Shown here: piece by piece, positions 14,285 through 27,356 of the stretch
How positions within the stretch are numbered: the first letter of the stretch is position 1
Layout: each line of letters begins with the position of its first letter
NCBI GenBank assembly: GCA_013239625.1
Contig: MU054400.1
Coordinates: 1,833,345 to 1,897,344 of the forward strand
Direction: 5' to 3'
DNA: 64,000 nt
Origin: Lama guanicoe
Taxonomy: Eukaryota
Program-made: the position numbers and the translations under genes
The notes under the pieces: model-generated
What the model was told of the DNA's origin: nothing
The model's database searches: none
What the model saw: only the letters and a program-made list of their open reading frames with translations

Positions 14285-14485
14285 CATTTTCAAAATAAAG
14301 AACCAGATAGTAAATATTTTAAGCTTTGGGTCCATATGGTCTCTGTCATGACTACTCATCTCTGCCACTGGAACTTAACAGCAGCCACAGACAACACATA
14401 AGTGAATAGAAGTAGCTGTGTTCCAATGAAATTTTACTTACAAAACCAGATGGGGGCCATCCTGACTGCTGTGTGCCAACCCCTG
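14285..14485 (+). mobile_element. MER58A-like hAT-Charlie element
   Basis: Contains 'ccagatagtaaatattttaagcttt...tctctgtcatgactactcatctctgccact...gctgtgttccaatgaaattttacttacaaaa...gccaacccctg'. Confidence 0.8.
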
Positions 14486-14809
14486 CTCTCCATCCAAGAA
14501 ATCACAGGTATACATTTAAAGGAAAAAAACAGCAATAATCTGAAAATGCAATAGTTTGTAAAAAGCGACTGCTGAGCATTTTAAAGTACACTAAAATGTC
14601 AAAATGCAATCATAAGGGAGAAGATGGGATTCCTTCATGCTTGTTACAATGGAATTAATTTACTGTCATGTCATATAAATGTAATGACACTGCCACCAAA
14701 CTCTTCTACAGTCAAAGTTCTGAGTTGCCAGACCCATGGACTTTTTCAAATTCTTTAAAGCACTCAATAGTGAAAAGATCAGTCATTTATGTAGAAAATA
14801 CAAAGTAAA

Positions 14810-14960
14810 GCCTTTCAACAACAACCCTATGGCATAGGTACTTTTAGTGTCCCCATTTTACAGATGAAATTGATGCATAGGTTAAGGCCAAAGTCATACA
14901 AACAGCAAGTGGCTGGGACAGGATTTGACCCAGTCTTCCTGGTGTCAAAGCTCTTAGCAC
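14810..14960 (-). mobile_element. MIR SINE
   Basis: Contains 'acaaccctatggcataggtac...ccccattttacagatga...ggatttgacccag'. Confidence 0.75.
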
Positions 14961-15464
14961 CTGAGTAATAATATCCTCTGATTTTCCCTCTTTTTTCAAA
15001 TTGTTAAACAGTTTTTTTAATTGATTCCCTCTTCTTGATATTTGAAACTGCAGCTCATTTTTTTTATTAATTCTGTAACTACCAATGCTTCCAGAATGTC
15101 TCTCTCTCTCCTCACTCTATTCTTTCTGTTCTGTATGTTCCTCCATTACAGGTTCTCCTTCTGGACCATCCTTTAAAATATGGACGCTGTTTAGGGTTCA
15201 GATTCTCCTCTCATTCTGTACTCTCTCCCTCATACTGAAGACCTCATGGACCCCAAAAATCTCCATCTGTGACCTGAAACTTCCTTATTAAGCTGCAGGT
15301 CCATATTTTCAACTATCCACTAAATATCTCCATCTCGACATCTCACAGGCTTCCCAACTCAACATGTCCAAAACTTACCAGCTCTCCTCAGAACCCACTC
15401 TCTTCGTACAGAGTATTTTGTAAATGGTTCCACATGCACTCAGAACCCAAGTAAGAAGTCCAAG

Positions 15465-16030
15465 CTCCCTGCTGGAGAGGCCACGTGGAGAGCCCCGGAA
15501 AACACACACAAGCGCCACCTTCCAGCCATTCCCATCAAGGCACCAGGCACATGAATGAAGACGTCTTAGACACCTTCAGACCAGACTAGCCACCGGCTGA
15601 GTGAGTCCATTAAATTCCATACAAAGCAGAACAGTTACCCAGCTGAACCCTCCTGTAATCCCTGACCCATAAAATCCTGGGATACAATAAAATTGTGTTG
15701 TTTTAAGCCACTATATTTTTGGAAGACTAGCCGCACAGCAATGGATAACCAGAACTCTTCCTCCTGGTGATGGACCGAACGTGCCCCTCCCCCACTGCAA
15801 TTCACACATCGACACCCTAACCCCAAGGTGACCATAGTGGAGGTAAGGCCTTTGGGAGGTAATAAGGTTAAAAAGAAGTCACGAGAGTAGGACCTGCATG
15901 ATGGGATTAGGGTCCTTATAAGATGACAAAGAGAGACCAGAGCTCTCTTGAGCTCCTTCACCCCTGCCCCACCACGTGAGGACACAGGGAGCAGGCAGAT
16001 AGATGTCTGCAAGCCAGAAAGACAGTTCTC
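15465..16030 (+). mobile_element. Two adjacent MaLR LTR fragments (MLT1-type ~15465-15760; MLT1A-like ~15768-16030, 3'-truncated)
   Basis: Motifs 'ctggagaggccacgtggagag', 'aataaaattgtgttgttttaagccactatattttt', 'ggcctttgggaggtaa...gatgggattagggtccttataaga' and 'gtgaggacacag'. Confidence 0.8.
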
Positions 16031-16084
16031 AATTTTTTTAAGTTGTGATCTCTGAAATCTGAATGCACTCTAAGAATCCTGGAT

Positions 16085-17855
16085 TTTCACTCCCTCCCCC
16101 ATGTTTACTGTTTTTTGACATCTTTCACAGTATTGTTCTGTGTATCCCTGAATTTGTGTGAATATAGGTAATTTTATACTACTTTTGTCTTTTAACCTTC
16201 CTACTAGCTTTAAAGGCACTTGATCTACTACCTTTACTGTATGTTTGCCTTTACTGATGAGACTTCTTTCCTTTCATAGTTTTCGTATTTCCAGTTGTGG
16301 TCTTTTCTGCTTAGAGAAGGCCCTGTAACATTTCTTGTAAAGGTTTAGTGTTGAACTCTCTTACTTTTGCCTGTCTGTAAAACCCTTTCTCTCCTTCAAA
16401 TCTGAATGATACTCTTGCTGGATAGAGTATTCTTGGTTGTAAGTTTTTTTTTTTCTTTCAGTACTTTGACTATATCATGCCACACTCCCTTCAGGCTGGA
16501 AAAATTTCTGCTGAAAAGTCAGCTCATAGTCTTACGGGAGTTCCGTTGCACATAACCAGTTGCCTTTCTTTTGCTACTTTTAAGATTCTCTCTTTATTAT
16601 TAAAATGGTCAAAGTTAAAGAAAACGTGTTTTGGTGTGGACTTCTTTGGGTTTCTTTTGTGAGTCCTGGTCCTGGTTGTCTGTTTCCTTTCCCAGGTTAG
16701 GGAAATTTTCAGCTATTTTTTTCTTCAGATAAGTTATCTGACCCCTCCCCTCCTCTCTTATCCTTCTGGGAAACTTAAAATGCAAATATTAATGTGCTTG
16801 ATGCTGTCCCAGAGGTCTCAAACTATCCTCATTTTTTAAAATTCCTTTTTTTCTGTCCAGTTGGGTGATTTACACTTCTCTGTCTTCCAGTACTGATCTG
16901 TTCCTCTGTATCACCTAACCTACTGTTGATTCTTAATTTTCTAACTCTTTGTTAAATTTCTCACTGTGTTTATCTATTTTTCTCTCAAGTTTGTTGAGCA
17001 TCTTTATGACCATTACCTTGAACTCTTGTCAGGTAGATTGCCTCCCTCCACTTTGCTTAGTTCTTCGCAGGTTTTGTCTTGTTCCTTCATTTGGAACATA
17101 TTCTTCTGTCTCATTTTGCCTAAGATTGGTTACGTATCTCAATCAAGTGGGCGGCCTGGGCCTTTCTGTCACCGCAGGGCTGATGACTGTGGGCCTGCTT
17201 ATAGGTGAGGCTGGTACCCAGCACAGCTGGCTGCCAGGCCCTGCTGCTTGCAGTGGCCGCTGGCCCCCGGGTAGATGGGGCCAGGCTTTGGCACAGCTGA
17301 CTGTTAGCAGCCTGTGGGGTCCTGTGGCTAGTGTTAGCCTGCTGGTGGGCAGGGCTGAGTCCTGGGGCAGCTGGCTGCAGGGCTGGAGAGTCCCAGAGCT
17401 GGTGCTGGTCCGCTGGTGGGCAGGCAAGCCCTCAGAACTAACAGGCTAGAGGGAGGACTCCAGAATGGTACTTGGCTGTACCAGTGTCTTTGTGAAAGAA
17501 CGAGTGCCCAGAAATGGCTGCTGCCAGCGTCTATGCCCCTAGCAGGAGTCCCCGTTGCCTCCTGCCTCTCCAGGAGGCTCTCCAAGATCAGCAAGTGGGT
17601 CTGACCCAGGCCCCTCTCAGATGAACGCTTCTGCACTGGGACTTGGAGTGTGTGAGATTTTGTGTGCATCCTTTAAGAACAGAGTCTGTTTCCTATAGCC
17701 TTCTAGCTCTCCCACATACAAGCCCTGCTGGCCTTCAAACACATGTTCTGGGGGTTCATCTCTTCAGGTTGTTTTCATAGATAGCTGCTCTATAAAAATT
17801 GTGGTGTGCCCATGGAAGGTGGTGAGCTCAGGGTCTTCCTACTCTGCCATCATCC
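16085..17855 (-). mobile_element. L1 5' portion (5'UTR + degenerate ORF1 + spacer), ORF2 missing
   Basis: Minus strand starts 'ggatgatggcagagtaggaagaccctgagctcacc' (L1 5' start with a YY1-like GATGGC). GC-rich UTR 17130-17855. ORF1-type 'gaaaattttccctaacctgggaaagga', 'ttcagcagaaatttttccagcc' with indels. Confidence 0.8.
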
Positions 17856-19444
17856 CACAAGTTCTTCCTTATGTCCACCTTTTGGTTCACACAAGATGAC
17901 CAGTTCATCAGTTTGCTCCTCCCTCCACTAAAATTATAATATCCCAGTTAGCTAAGTGATTTCCAGATTCCAGGAAATCTTTATCAGGCATCCCATCATG
18001 TCCCAGGAGAGGACATCAGGTGCAGATCGTCAACTGTAACAATAATTTTAGTTAAATACCAAGTTTTGCTGTCTTCTAAAAGAATCTGACAATTTCCCCA
18101 AATCTGTCAGTGTTAATACTTTGGACCACAACTGAATCACTAGACAATACACCCAGTTTTCAAGCTATTATGATAATGCTGTATTCCTTGTAACTTGAGC
18201 ACTGAAAGTCTTTTCCTGCAAAGCCAAGTAACCTGTCCATACCCCTCTCAAAACAAACACCCAAGTAGTCTTTGTTTTTAATACCTCTGAGACTTAAAAA
18301 TGAAAAAGGACTCATTAAGCAGACAAATTCATGACCAGCTACTTGAGGCAGCAATACAACCCTTCCCTTCAGTGCAGGGTTGCCCTAGATCTTAGGTACC
18401 ATTCTCATTTCTAGTTCTGAGCATCTGTGAAGCAATTGTCCCCAGGAGCAGGAAGCAGCCTTTCAATGGCAGGAGCAGCTGGTGGGACATAATGCAGTCT
18501 AGCTTCCTGGCAGCATCCCCAGAGTGAAACTTCAAATCACTGGGCCTGTTTTTATTCCATTCCATGTCCTCCCTAAAGATGCCTCTAGAAAAAGCAAAAT
18601 TGCTCTAACATAGGCAAGGTCTTTCCTCATTATGAACAAAACTCACTGATAGGCTCACTAGTTCTTTCCGGCTGCCAACATAAAAACCTCAGGGCTGTAA
18701 TTATATTTGGAGGGAGGAGGCATCAAAGTTCAGCATGTCCTTGCATCCATGATTTCCCAGGTCATCCTATCAGAAAGAATGTCAGGTAGCCACATGACAC
18801 ACAATGCCCTGAAACAAGGGTGCGTGTGGAGCTCGCCCCAGGGGCGTGGATTTTCAAAGTAAATCTGTTGTCTTTGGGTACGAGCCAGGATAGCCCCTAA
18901 GTTAGAAAAGTCAAGGACACTGGTGTAAGTGGGTTAAACAGATGATTAGAGATAGGGAAGTTAAAATCAAAAGCACTGGGGCCAATCTCCCTGAAGACTA
19001 TAAGCCAACTGCCTACAACCAAGTCCTGGTTTAATTCCTCCTCTGGCTGCGCTGGGGGTGGGGCACTTCAGTTCTAAGGCATTAGGGGTGACTTCCCCAG
19101 CTGAGTTTGGGGGAAGGGTGGAAGAATAAGAAGGGAAACCAGGACAATGGACATCTCAAACCACAGCCATAGAAACGAGAATGATGAAACCCATTATTTC
19201 AAAGCTTCATCTTTCCAAAGAGAAGTTACCCCAACACCTGAGCAGAAGTGGTAGAAAGAATACACTACATTAAACAAAGAAACCTGGTTAAGCCCAAGGA
19301 ATATCGTTTTCTTGTGGAACTATTTCTCCTAACTTCTAAATTTGTAGTCCCAGCTTTCTCTCATCAGTAAAATAGAATACTATTTTTATTGCTACAGGAG
19401 AAATACTACCCACCTTTTCCCTACTCTTAGGCAATTAAGATTCT

Positions 19445-19560
19445 GGGGAGTATAGCTCAGTGGTAGAGCGCATGCCTAGCATGCACAAGGTCCTGAGTTC
19501 AATCCCCAGTACCTCCATTAAATAAGTAAATAAATAAAACCTAAATACCTACCCTGCAAA
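19445..19560 (+). mobile_element. tRNA-Ala-derived SINE (camelid vic-1-like)
   Basis: 'ggggagtatagctcagtggtagagcgcatgcctagcatgcacaaggtcctgagttcaatccccagtacctcc' (Pol III A/B boxes) followed by an AT-rich 'taaataaataaaacctaa' tail. Two more copies occur in the window. Confidence 0.85.
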
Positions 19561-20209
19561 AGACTGTTAAAAAGAGATTTTATGGGTTCTTCAGAAGACA
19601 AATGTGGTGAAATTCAAGGGGATTTTTACCGACCATAATTCAATCTGTCAAAGTTTTTAAATAATGGAAATTCTGGGACTTTGCAATTAAAATAGCAATA
19701 GTCATCATTTGCGGAATCAGTCCTTGCTGCTCTCGGAGCATATGGGGCATGAGACATCCTGTCAAACATATGGTATTCCAAATGTAATAGTGCTAAATGT
19801 TTAATATTCCACAGTAGTGTACCATAAATCAAGTTGTGAAGAACTCTAGGCAAACCACCGACTCCCACAGGAGAGGTGAGCTCCACTTCAGCTTTTCTAA
19901 CCAACCTGACTTTCTCTGTTGATTAGCTTTCCATTCAAATAATTGTTTTATTTTCCATTGAGAAAAAATATACGAGCTGGTAAAAATAATGTTGGTCAAT
20001 TACTTGCTGCTTAAAGCTCTCATATCATGCTGTTGAGACTTTGAGCCCATTTTTTAAATTATCCAAGGCTCAATTTCCACCCGCTCTCCCCAAAGATCAT
20101 AATAATAGCCATCCTGCCTTTAAAAGAAATTATTAACATTTCTAGGTTTTAGACTTGTTAATCATGGCTGTACTTCCTCATGCAATTGCCTTACCTAGAC
20201 CTAGCCAAT

Positions 20210-20450
20210 GCATAGTAACAGTAATAATAACAATTACTAATAAAAAGAACACATACCAGGTACTCAGTATGTACTGTCTGCTAAGCATTTACATACCATA
20301 CCTCTCATTCCCCTATCAACCTCACATGTAGGTATTGTTATCTGTTTTAACAGCCAGGACAAAGACTCACAGAAGTTCAGCCACTTGGTCAACAGCGCTC
20401 AGCTTACTAACCAGCAGAGATGGAATTTACTTCACATCTTTCTGAGGACA
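20210..20450 (-). mobile_element. MIR SINE
   Basis: Contains 'ctaagcatttacata...tgtaggtattgttatctgtttta...gactcacagaagttcagccacttggtcaa'. Confidence 0.65.
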
Positions 20451-21146
20451 AAGGCCAAGCATTTTTCTGAGATCAAAGTCCATGCAGCTTCGTGCAGCAG
20501 CTACTCTACAACCCGTGTGGAAGCTACACTCACATTGTATCCTCAGAATAAAAGGCTGTAACAGCTGTATGATGCAGGGGGAAAGAGAACTATTCAGACA
20601 GCCTGCTAAGCAATTTAGTGGGGACATCAGAGAAGAAGTTCTGTTTTGAAGTGGCCCCTATTTTTTCCCACTATCTACACCCGAGTCTGAACACTAAAAA
20701 TCAAACTAAACCAAGTCAAAATATAAAGAACAATGAAGCACATCAACCCAGAGACTTCTTTTTCCTTCTTTAGAGGATTTTATTATAAGCTCTTCAAATT
20801 TTAAGTCCCTTCTTTAGAGGACTTATAACATATGCATTGCATGTATTAAGTCTCTCCTCTTTCCTTCTCTCCTCTCCCTGCCTTCAGTTGTTTGTTTGTT
20901 CCTTTCTATTTTATCTCAGAAGGAAGATGTGTTTCACACTGCTGGTGTGTTCTTGCATCTTTTCATTTGTGGCTCCTGGTTAGTGCTGTGATAAGGTTTT
21001 GGTTAGGTGGTTGTGGGTGGTAAAGTGGCATTTCTTTCTTGAACTACTGTTGCTATGTTATCCTCATAAAGTTGGGTGAACTGAACCAGCAGCAGAATCT
21101 CAATCATCCTCAGATTCAGTCTGTGGACTAACTTTGTCTTTAACAG

Positions 21147-21340
21147 TTTTTTTTTTATTTATAACTGAAGTATAGTTGATTTACAATGTTGTGTTAGTTT
21201 GTGGTGTACAGCATAGTAATTCAGTCATATATATAGAGAGAGACACTGTATATTTTTTCATTATTGGTTGCTACAAGATATTGAATATGGTTCCCTGTGC
21301 TGTACAGTAGGACCTTGTTGTTTACTTAGTTTATATATAG

Positions 21341-21375
<35 letters not shown>

Positions 21376-21460
21376 ATCTGCTAATCCCAAACTTCTAATG
21401 TATCCCTCTCCTCTCTTTCTCCTTGTAACCATAAGTTTGTTCTCTATGTCTGTGAGAGAC
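21147..21460 (-). mobile_element. Lineage L1 3' terminus containing a (TA)n microsatellite (~21342-21371)
   Basis: Contains 'tgaagtatagttgatttacaatgttgtgttagtt...tacaagatattgaatatggttccctgtgctgtacagtagg'. Confidence 0.85.
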
Positions 21461-21469
21461 TTTGTATTT

Positions 21470-22470
21470 TAACTGAAAAAAAAATTTTTAGACATACAGA
21501 ACACTTGCAAAAATAGCCACCATCTTCCCTAGTGTTAGCACCTTATATAACCATAGTGCAATTATGGAAATGAAGAAAATACTAAACACAATACTATTAA
21601 AAACCACAGACCTAATCTAGCAGTTTTCCCACTTCTATTCTTTTCTCTGTTCCAGAATCCAACCCAGGATTCCGCATTGCCTTCATCGATGCACCTCCCT
21701 AATCTAAGAGAGTTCCCCAATCCTTCCTCGTCCTTCATGACCTGAATACTTTTGAAGAGTACTGGTGAGCTGTTTTGGAGAATGCCTCTCCCTTTAGTTT
21801 GTCAGGTGTTCCCTCAAGCTCTGAATTGAGGTTATGCATCATCAGGAAGAGTATCACGGAGACACAGCACAGCTATCACGGAGCACATGATGTGGGTCTG
21901 TCTTTTTACTGGTGGTGTTAACCTTGATCGCTTTGTCAGAGTGGTGTCTGTCAAGTTTCTCCGCTATAAAGTTATTATCGTCCCCTTTGTAATTAAAATA
22001 CCAGATGGGAGGGCAGGCAGGGAGGGGCTGCTTTGAGACTGTGCAAATATCTAATTTCTCTTCAAAATTCATCCACTGATTTTAGCGCTCGTCTGTGGAT
22101 CTAGCCCACAACAATTACTATTGTGGCTCTCGTGGTAGTTTGACTATTTCTCTCATTTTCCTGACACTAATTAGATGGAATTCCTCTGTAAGGAAGAGCT
22201 GCCTCTTCTCCCCCTTGTATTTATTTATTCAGTTATGTATTTATCTCAGTATGGGCTCACGGAGATTTGTTTCATTCTATGGATTATAATCCAACACCTT
22301 TGTTACTTGTTTTTTGGCTCCAGTTGTTCCCGTTTGGGCCACTGGCAGTCCTTTCACGCTGGCTCTGTGCCTTTCCTAGTGCCCTACAGTTTAGTTGTTT
22401 GAGCATCTTTATTTCCTGGTGCCACAAGATGCTCCAAGCTCACCCTGTGATTTCCCTGTCCCACCCCAGT
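21470..22470 (-). mobile_element. L1MC4/5-like 3' region
   Basis: Motifs 'ttagacatacagaacacttgcaaaaatag', 'ctttgaagagtactggt', 'ctttgagactgtgcaaatatc' and 'acaagatgctccaagctca'. Confidence 0.75.
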
Positions 22471-22669
22471 GGTGGTCAGGTGACTAATGTAGTTTACAGA
22501 GTCTGGCCATGGGGACTCTAAACCATAATTCTACATTCAAGTACTCTCTGCATCACTGACTACCTGTGGGACCTTGGGCAAGAAACAGTGGTTTTGAGCC
22601 TGTTTCTCCCTCCATATAAGGGTAATATCTTCATGGGCCATAAGAAATCGTGTCTATGAATGTCTTTAT

Positions 22670-22870
22670 GCTGTGGTCCCCAACACTACTCAGAAGACAA
22701 AGCTGGGATGGCTGCATCAAAATTAGAATCAGGATGTGTTAAAACACATATTCCTGGACCTAGCCCCAGGAATTCTGACTCAGGGGATCTAGAATAAGGT
22801 CCACAGTAAGCATTTTTAGCAAAAACCTACGCTGATTTAGTTGCAGGGCCAGGTCTGGGAACCACTGTTA
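22670..22870. mobile_element. MER5-like hAT element
   Basis: Contains 'ttaaaacacatattcctggacctagccccaggaattctgactcag...tctgggaaccactg'. Confidence 0.65.
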
Positions 22871-23689
22871 CTCAGGAGCAAACCCCACACAAAGCCCCTC
22901 CATGATCTCATGTCAGCCCCGCATCCTCACCAGTGTCCTGCTACCCTCCTCTCACTCAGGTGAATGCTTGGCCCACTGAAGGGTCCCCAAGGGCCACAGG
23001 AAACCAAAACCTCCTTCCTCTGAGCTGCTGCGCTGTATCCCTTTATAGAAGATTAATTCTTACTGAGAGGCCAATTAGATGCTCCATGTTTCAGAAGACT
23101 ATCTAATCTATTCCTTAAATATCCTCCTCCTTTACAAAAACACACTTTGTGAGCCTCTCCCTCGTCGTATCAGGTCAATAAATACAAAACCAAGAACCAG
23201 GTGGGGCTGTGGGGAGGGAAGAGGGGTCAGGGAGATGAGCAGGGACACTGGTAAGGAGGAGAGCAAATTAAAGAGGGCAGTCATCCCCAGCCGACCCCCT
23301 CACACATTGCTCTGCTTGTCAGTAAGGCAGGGTAAGAACAGGGCAAACAGAGCCTGGAGCAGGTACAGGACCTTTTAACCATGGCTGGGACCCACAGTAC
23401 GGCTGCAGGAATGAGAAACCTTAGGTGATGGGAGCTGGGATGGAGATTCCTGGGGTCTTTTTGATGTGAGGGGCACACATCACTGAGGTTGGCATATGCT
23501 ATGCTATGCTCTTAGGCTGGTACACCAGCTCAAAAGGCAAGACTCTCCTGCTCACTCTTATGCACCAGCCGACATCAGGAAGGACAGGTGTGTCCAGGAG
23601 ACTGAATACAATGGGGACTGTCAATTTCGTAGTGCCCAAGGAGCAGCTTTCAAAGGATCTTAACCCATAATCTGCAAAAGTTGGTTTTT

Positions 23690-23880
23690 TTTTAAGGTGA
23701 GGTAAAATTCACATATCATAAAATTAACTATTTTAAAGTATACATTTCAGTGGCATTTAGTACACTCACAATGTTGTCTATCTACCACCTATATTAAACT
23801 TCAAACATTTTCATCACCCTAAAAAGGAAACCTTGTGCACATCAAGCAGTCACCCCCTTGTTCCCCCCTCTACCAACAGC
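23690..23880 (-). mobile_element. L1MB-type 3' end
   Basis: Contains 'gaggtaaaattcacatatcataaaattaactattttaaagtatacatttcagtggcatttagtacactcacaatgttg'. Confidence 0.8.
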
Positions 23881-24187
23881 TTTTTATAGTGAGGGGTGGA
23901 TTTTTCTCAATAGTGAGACTTTATGCAGCCACTGTCTAAGGAGCTTTTGGTAACTTTGGGTTCAATGGGCACAAGAACATTCTCTCTTCAACCAGGTGGG
24001 AGCAGCCTTCTGGGAAGGCCTAAGGTAAGTTTCCCTTTGCCCTGCCACATTCAGTTCAATGGGAACAGTGCCAGATTCTTACACACACTAACATACACAG
24101 ACACACACACCCCAGGCTGGTCAGTTTCATGTGGTCAATAACCCTGAGAACAAGTGCATCACAACTGCGCTGAGAAGAGCCCATTTA

Positions 24188-24373
<186 letters not shown>

Positions 24374-26642
24374 TCAGCCAAAGCTTGTCTTACACATTCA
24401 TGTCTAAAATGTGCCTCATTCACTCTGATAGGTCTGTGCTTGTACACATGGATTCGCTCACTCCAATCTCTGGAGAAGAGGCTCCCAAACTTTTTTTTTT
24501 TCAGTTTTATTAGAATTGTTACAATTTGACTGCACATATACAATGTATTGCATGTAAATACACGTACACAATATACTGTGTATATTTTTTAAATTTACAT
24601 ATATTGTTCATTGTTTTTAAGAACGTTTAGAGTTTTAGCTTTTTAAACTTACATAGTCATCAAAGGAATAAAGCCAACCACAAAATAAGAATTAATTCAA
24701 AAAGATACACACACCCTGCTATTAACAGCAACATTATTTATAATTGACAAGATAGAGGCTTCCAAACTCTTAACTGCAATCCACAGTGAGAAATTTTTTT
24801 TTTAACACTGTAAGCTGATACAGATACACAGACACACACACAGACTTGAAACAAAAAGAACATCAAAAAGAGGGCCCAAAAGGATACCAGACAATGCCCG
24901 GCATAGATGAATATGCTCTACTAAAGTTCTGTTTTATTCTGTTATATGCCATTTAATTTTTCTCATGCTATTTATGATTCAGAACACTGATTTCACAATT
25001 TGATACCTAGTGGAGATCCATAGTTCGCAAAGCCACAGACAATTCCACATATAATGCACCTGATGGTTTGTGCTAATTGCACTGTAGGTGTTCGTTTATT
25101 CAGTCCTCACAACAATCCTACAAGGAAGGTCCCCATTTTATACCTAGAGGTTCAGTGGCTTGTTCAAAGTCACACAACACATACAGAGCAAAGTAGGATT
25201 CGACCCAGGCCACCAGGCTGCAGAACCGAGGCTCCCACCGTGCCACTTTGCCTCTCTCTGCATTTGTCTACTCTGCTAGAAGGCAGGGTCTGGATGGTAT
25301 GGAAATGCAATGGATGCTATCAGACAGAACACCCCACCTCCCACCAGGAAAGGGGGGGCAAACCTGCTGCTTCAGGCCTCACAGCCACCATATCACGCCC
25401 ATAAATCAACATAAAAAGGCACTAAGGGAAACTGGAGGGAGCCCAGGACTGGGATTCCAAGACAGGTCTGGATGACCTTGAGCAAACTCCCCAGCTGTTT
25501 CCACATCAGTAAAATGAGTTGGTTGGACTAGATTTCTAAATTGGCTAGATTATTTTCCCTCCTAAAATTCTATGAGTAACAGATGTATCAGCTAAATCTG
25601 ATTAAGATAAATACCATTACAGCAAAACTCCTTAATAGCAAAGACCCTTCCAAGCCCTCAGCAGGATATTTGATAACTTTCTGCTTCAATCAAAGTCACT
25701 GACAAACCCATGGAGTGTTTTAGGGATGGAATGTGACCTACAAAAATAAATGAGAAATTAGAGACATTAAGTGAGCCATTCTTCCAATCCACTAAATATA
25801 ATTTTGGAAGATCAGTTTGGTCCATGTTACATGATTATCTTTTCATTAGAATTCACTACCATCAGCTTGGGAAGTTGATGAAAAAGTCACTCACTGGCCT
25901 GGGATGCACCGCACAGAACAAAGGACTGGGGCTTACAAGCCATACTGTGATATGAAGCCTGATTTTCCTGAAATCACTTTTGAGTTTAATTTTGAATGAG
26001 CTTTGAACTTTTATTTCCTTTGTAAGAGAACCCATTTGATGTCCCTCAAAAGGGACAGCACATCAAAATGGAACTTGTTTTGAGATTTCTATAATTATTT
26101 TTCTAGCCCAGGAAGCTCACATGGCAAGCTGTATCTGATGACAGCTAAATCCAATGCCCAGAATATAATCAATGGACATAGTTCTTTTCACAGATTTACC
26201 CTGTAACCCATCCGTCTTAAAGAGGCTGCTGCAGGATCAAATCACTGAACACAAAACACAAGTTCATCATTTTATGATTGGACTGCCAAGCTCTCTGCAA
26301 CAGGATTTACTGTGGTGGACCACCCCCACCACATGCAAGACACACAAGACATGTGGGCTACAGCAAAGCCTTGTAATGACGTGGGACTGAACAGACCTTG
26401 ACTGTACCTGACAGCTACTGCTAGCATTCTGCCCTGAAGAAGATGTAGCACTCCAAAGCACAACAAAGATTTTTTTTTTTAAACGATTAAACACAGCAAA
26501 CAACATACACTCTACAGCAATTCTCAGACTACCTAAGATCCCTGAGAGAAGAAGACGCCACTGCAGACAATGTAGTGACTGGATAATACAAGTGTAGCTG
26601 AACCAGGAATCAAAAAGCAGGTGAGGCCAGTTCCCACAGTTC

Positions 26643-27356
26643 TGTTAGAGCAGCAGATAGCTTGATATGAGTAGGAAAAGGGGGGCACGACCAAATGGCA
26701 GGAAACCATACATCATATGAACAATGGGGGGTCCTTGCAGACAGAGAAAAGCAGGAACCTCCAGACTGATGAGAAATCACAGACTTTGGGGTGACAAGTA
26801 TCCTGCAGGCAGGCAAATAAAAGTGGGAAAAGGCAGGAATCTCTGGCATCCAAATGTAACCTTCTGCTCATTATGCCCTCATTACAATAAAATTAGCCTT
26901 GCAATGTAGAAGTACCCATTATGCACCGATGCCGTGATGCTTCTGATCAAGACTAAAACATGACAAAAGTCCCTGCTCCCCTTGGGAAGGCAGAGCTGGG
27001 ACGAAAATCAGAGAATACAGCCCCCAAATCCTCCCTCTCCAGTGAATATTCTGCCCTTTTATTTTTTTATCTTTTAAAATTTACTTTACTTATGTATTTA
27101 TTTTTTATGGAATTATAATCAATTTACAATGTTGTGTCAATTTCTGGCGCACAGCATAATGTTCTGCCCATTTATTTTTTCACCCTATGTAACCAGCTTG
27201 CCAAAGACACTGAGCACAGTGGCTCACGCGCGTCTGCCCGCTCGCCCCTTGAGAGCATCCTATCACTTAATAAATCCTCGCTTTACTTTCTCCACCTCCG
27301 TGTCTCCTCCTCTGAATTCTTGCTGCCATGAGACAAGAACCTAATCTCCGGTAACA
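26643..27356 (+). mobile_element. Complete ERV1-class solo LTR (MER41-like) with 4-bp TSD
   Basis: Termini TGTTA...TAACA (inverted); TSD gttc at 26639-26642 and 27357-27360; AATAAA at 27269-27274; 3' 'tgaattcttgctgccatgagacaagaacc' typical of ERV1 U5. The MER41 affinity is tentative. Confidence 0.85.
27068..27161 (-). mobile_element. Extremely 5'-truncated L1 insertion inside the LTR
   Basis: L1 terminal 'aatttacaatgttgtgtcaatttctggcgcacagcataatg' plus T-rich tail; TSD ttctgccc(t/a)tttatttttt at 27049-27067 and 27162-27180. Confidence 0.85.

Noticed and set aside
16949..17669. Cluster of longer overlapping ORFs (up to 166 aa)
   Set aside because: They lie in a GC-rich L1 5'UTR where stops are rare, and show no recognisable protein similarity.
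19445..19517. tRNA-Ala gene
   Set aside because: The acceptor stem is imperfect, a SINE-type AT-rich body follows, and two diverged sibling copies (one with TSD/polyA) occur nearby, so this is a SINE.
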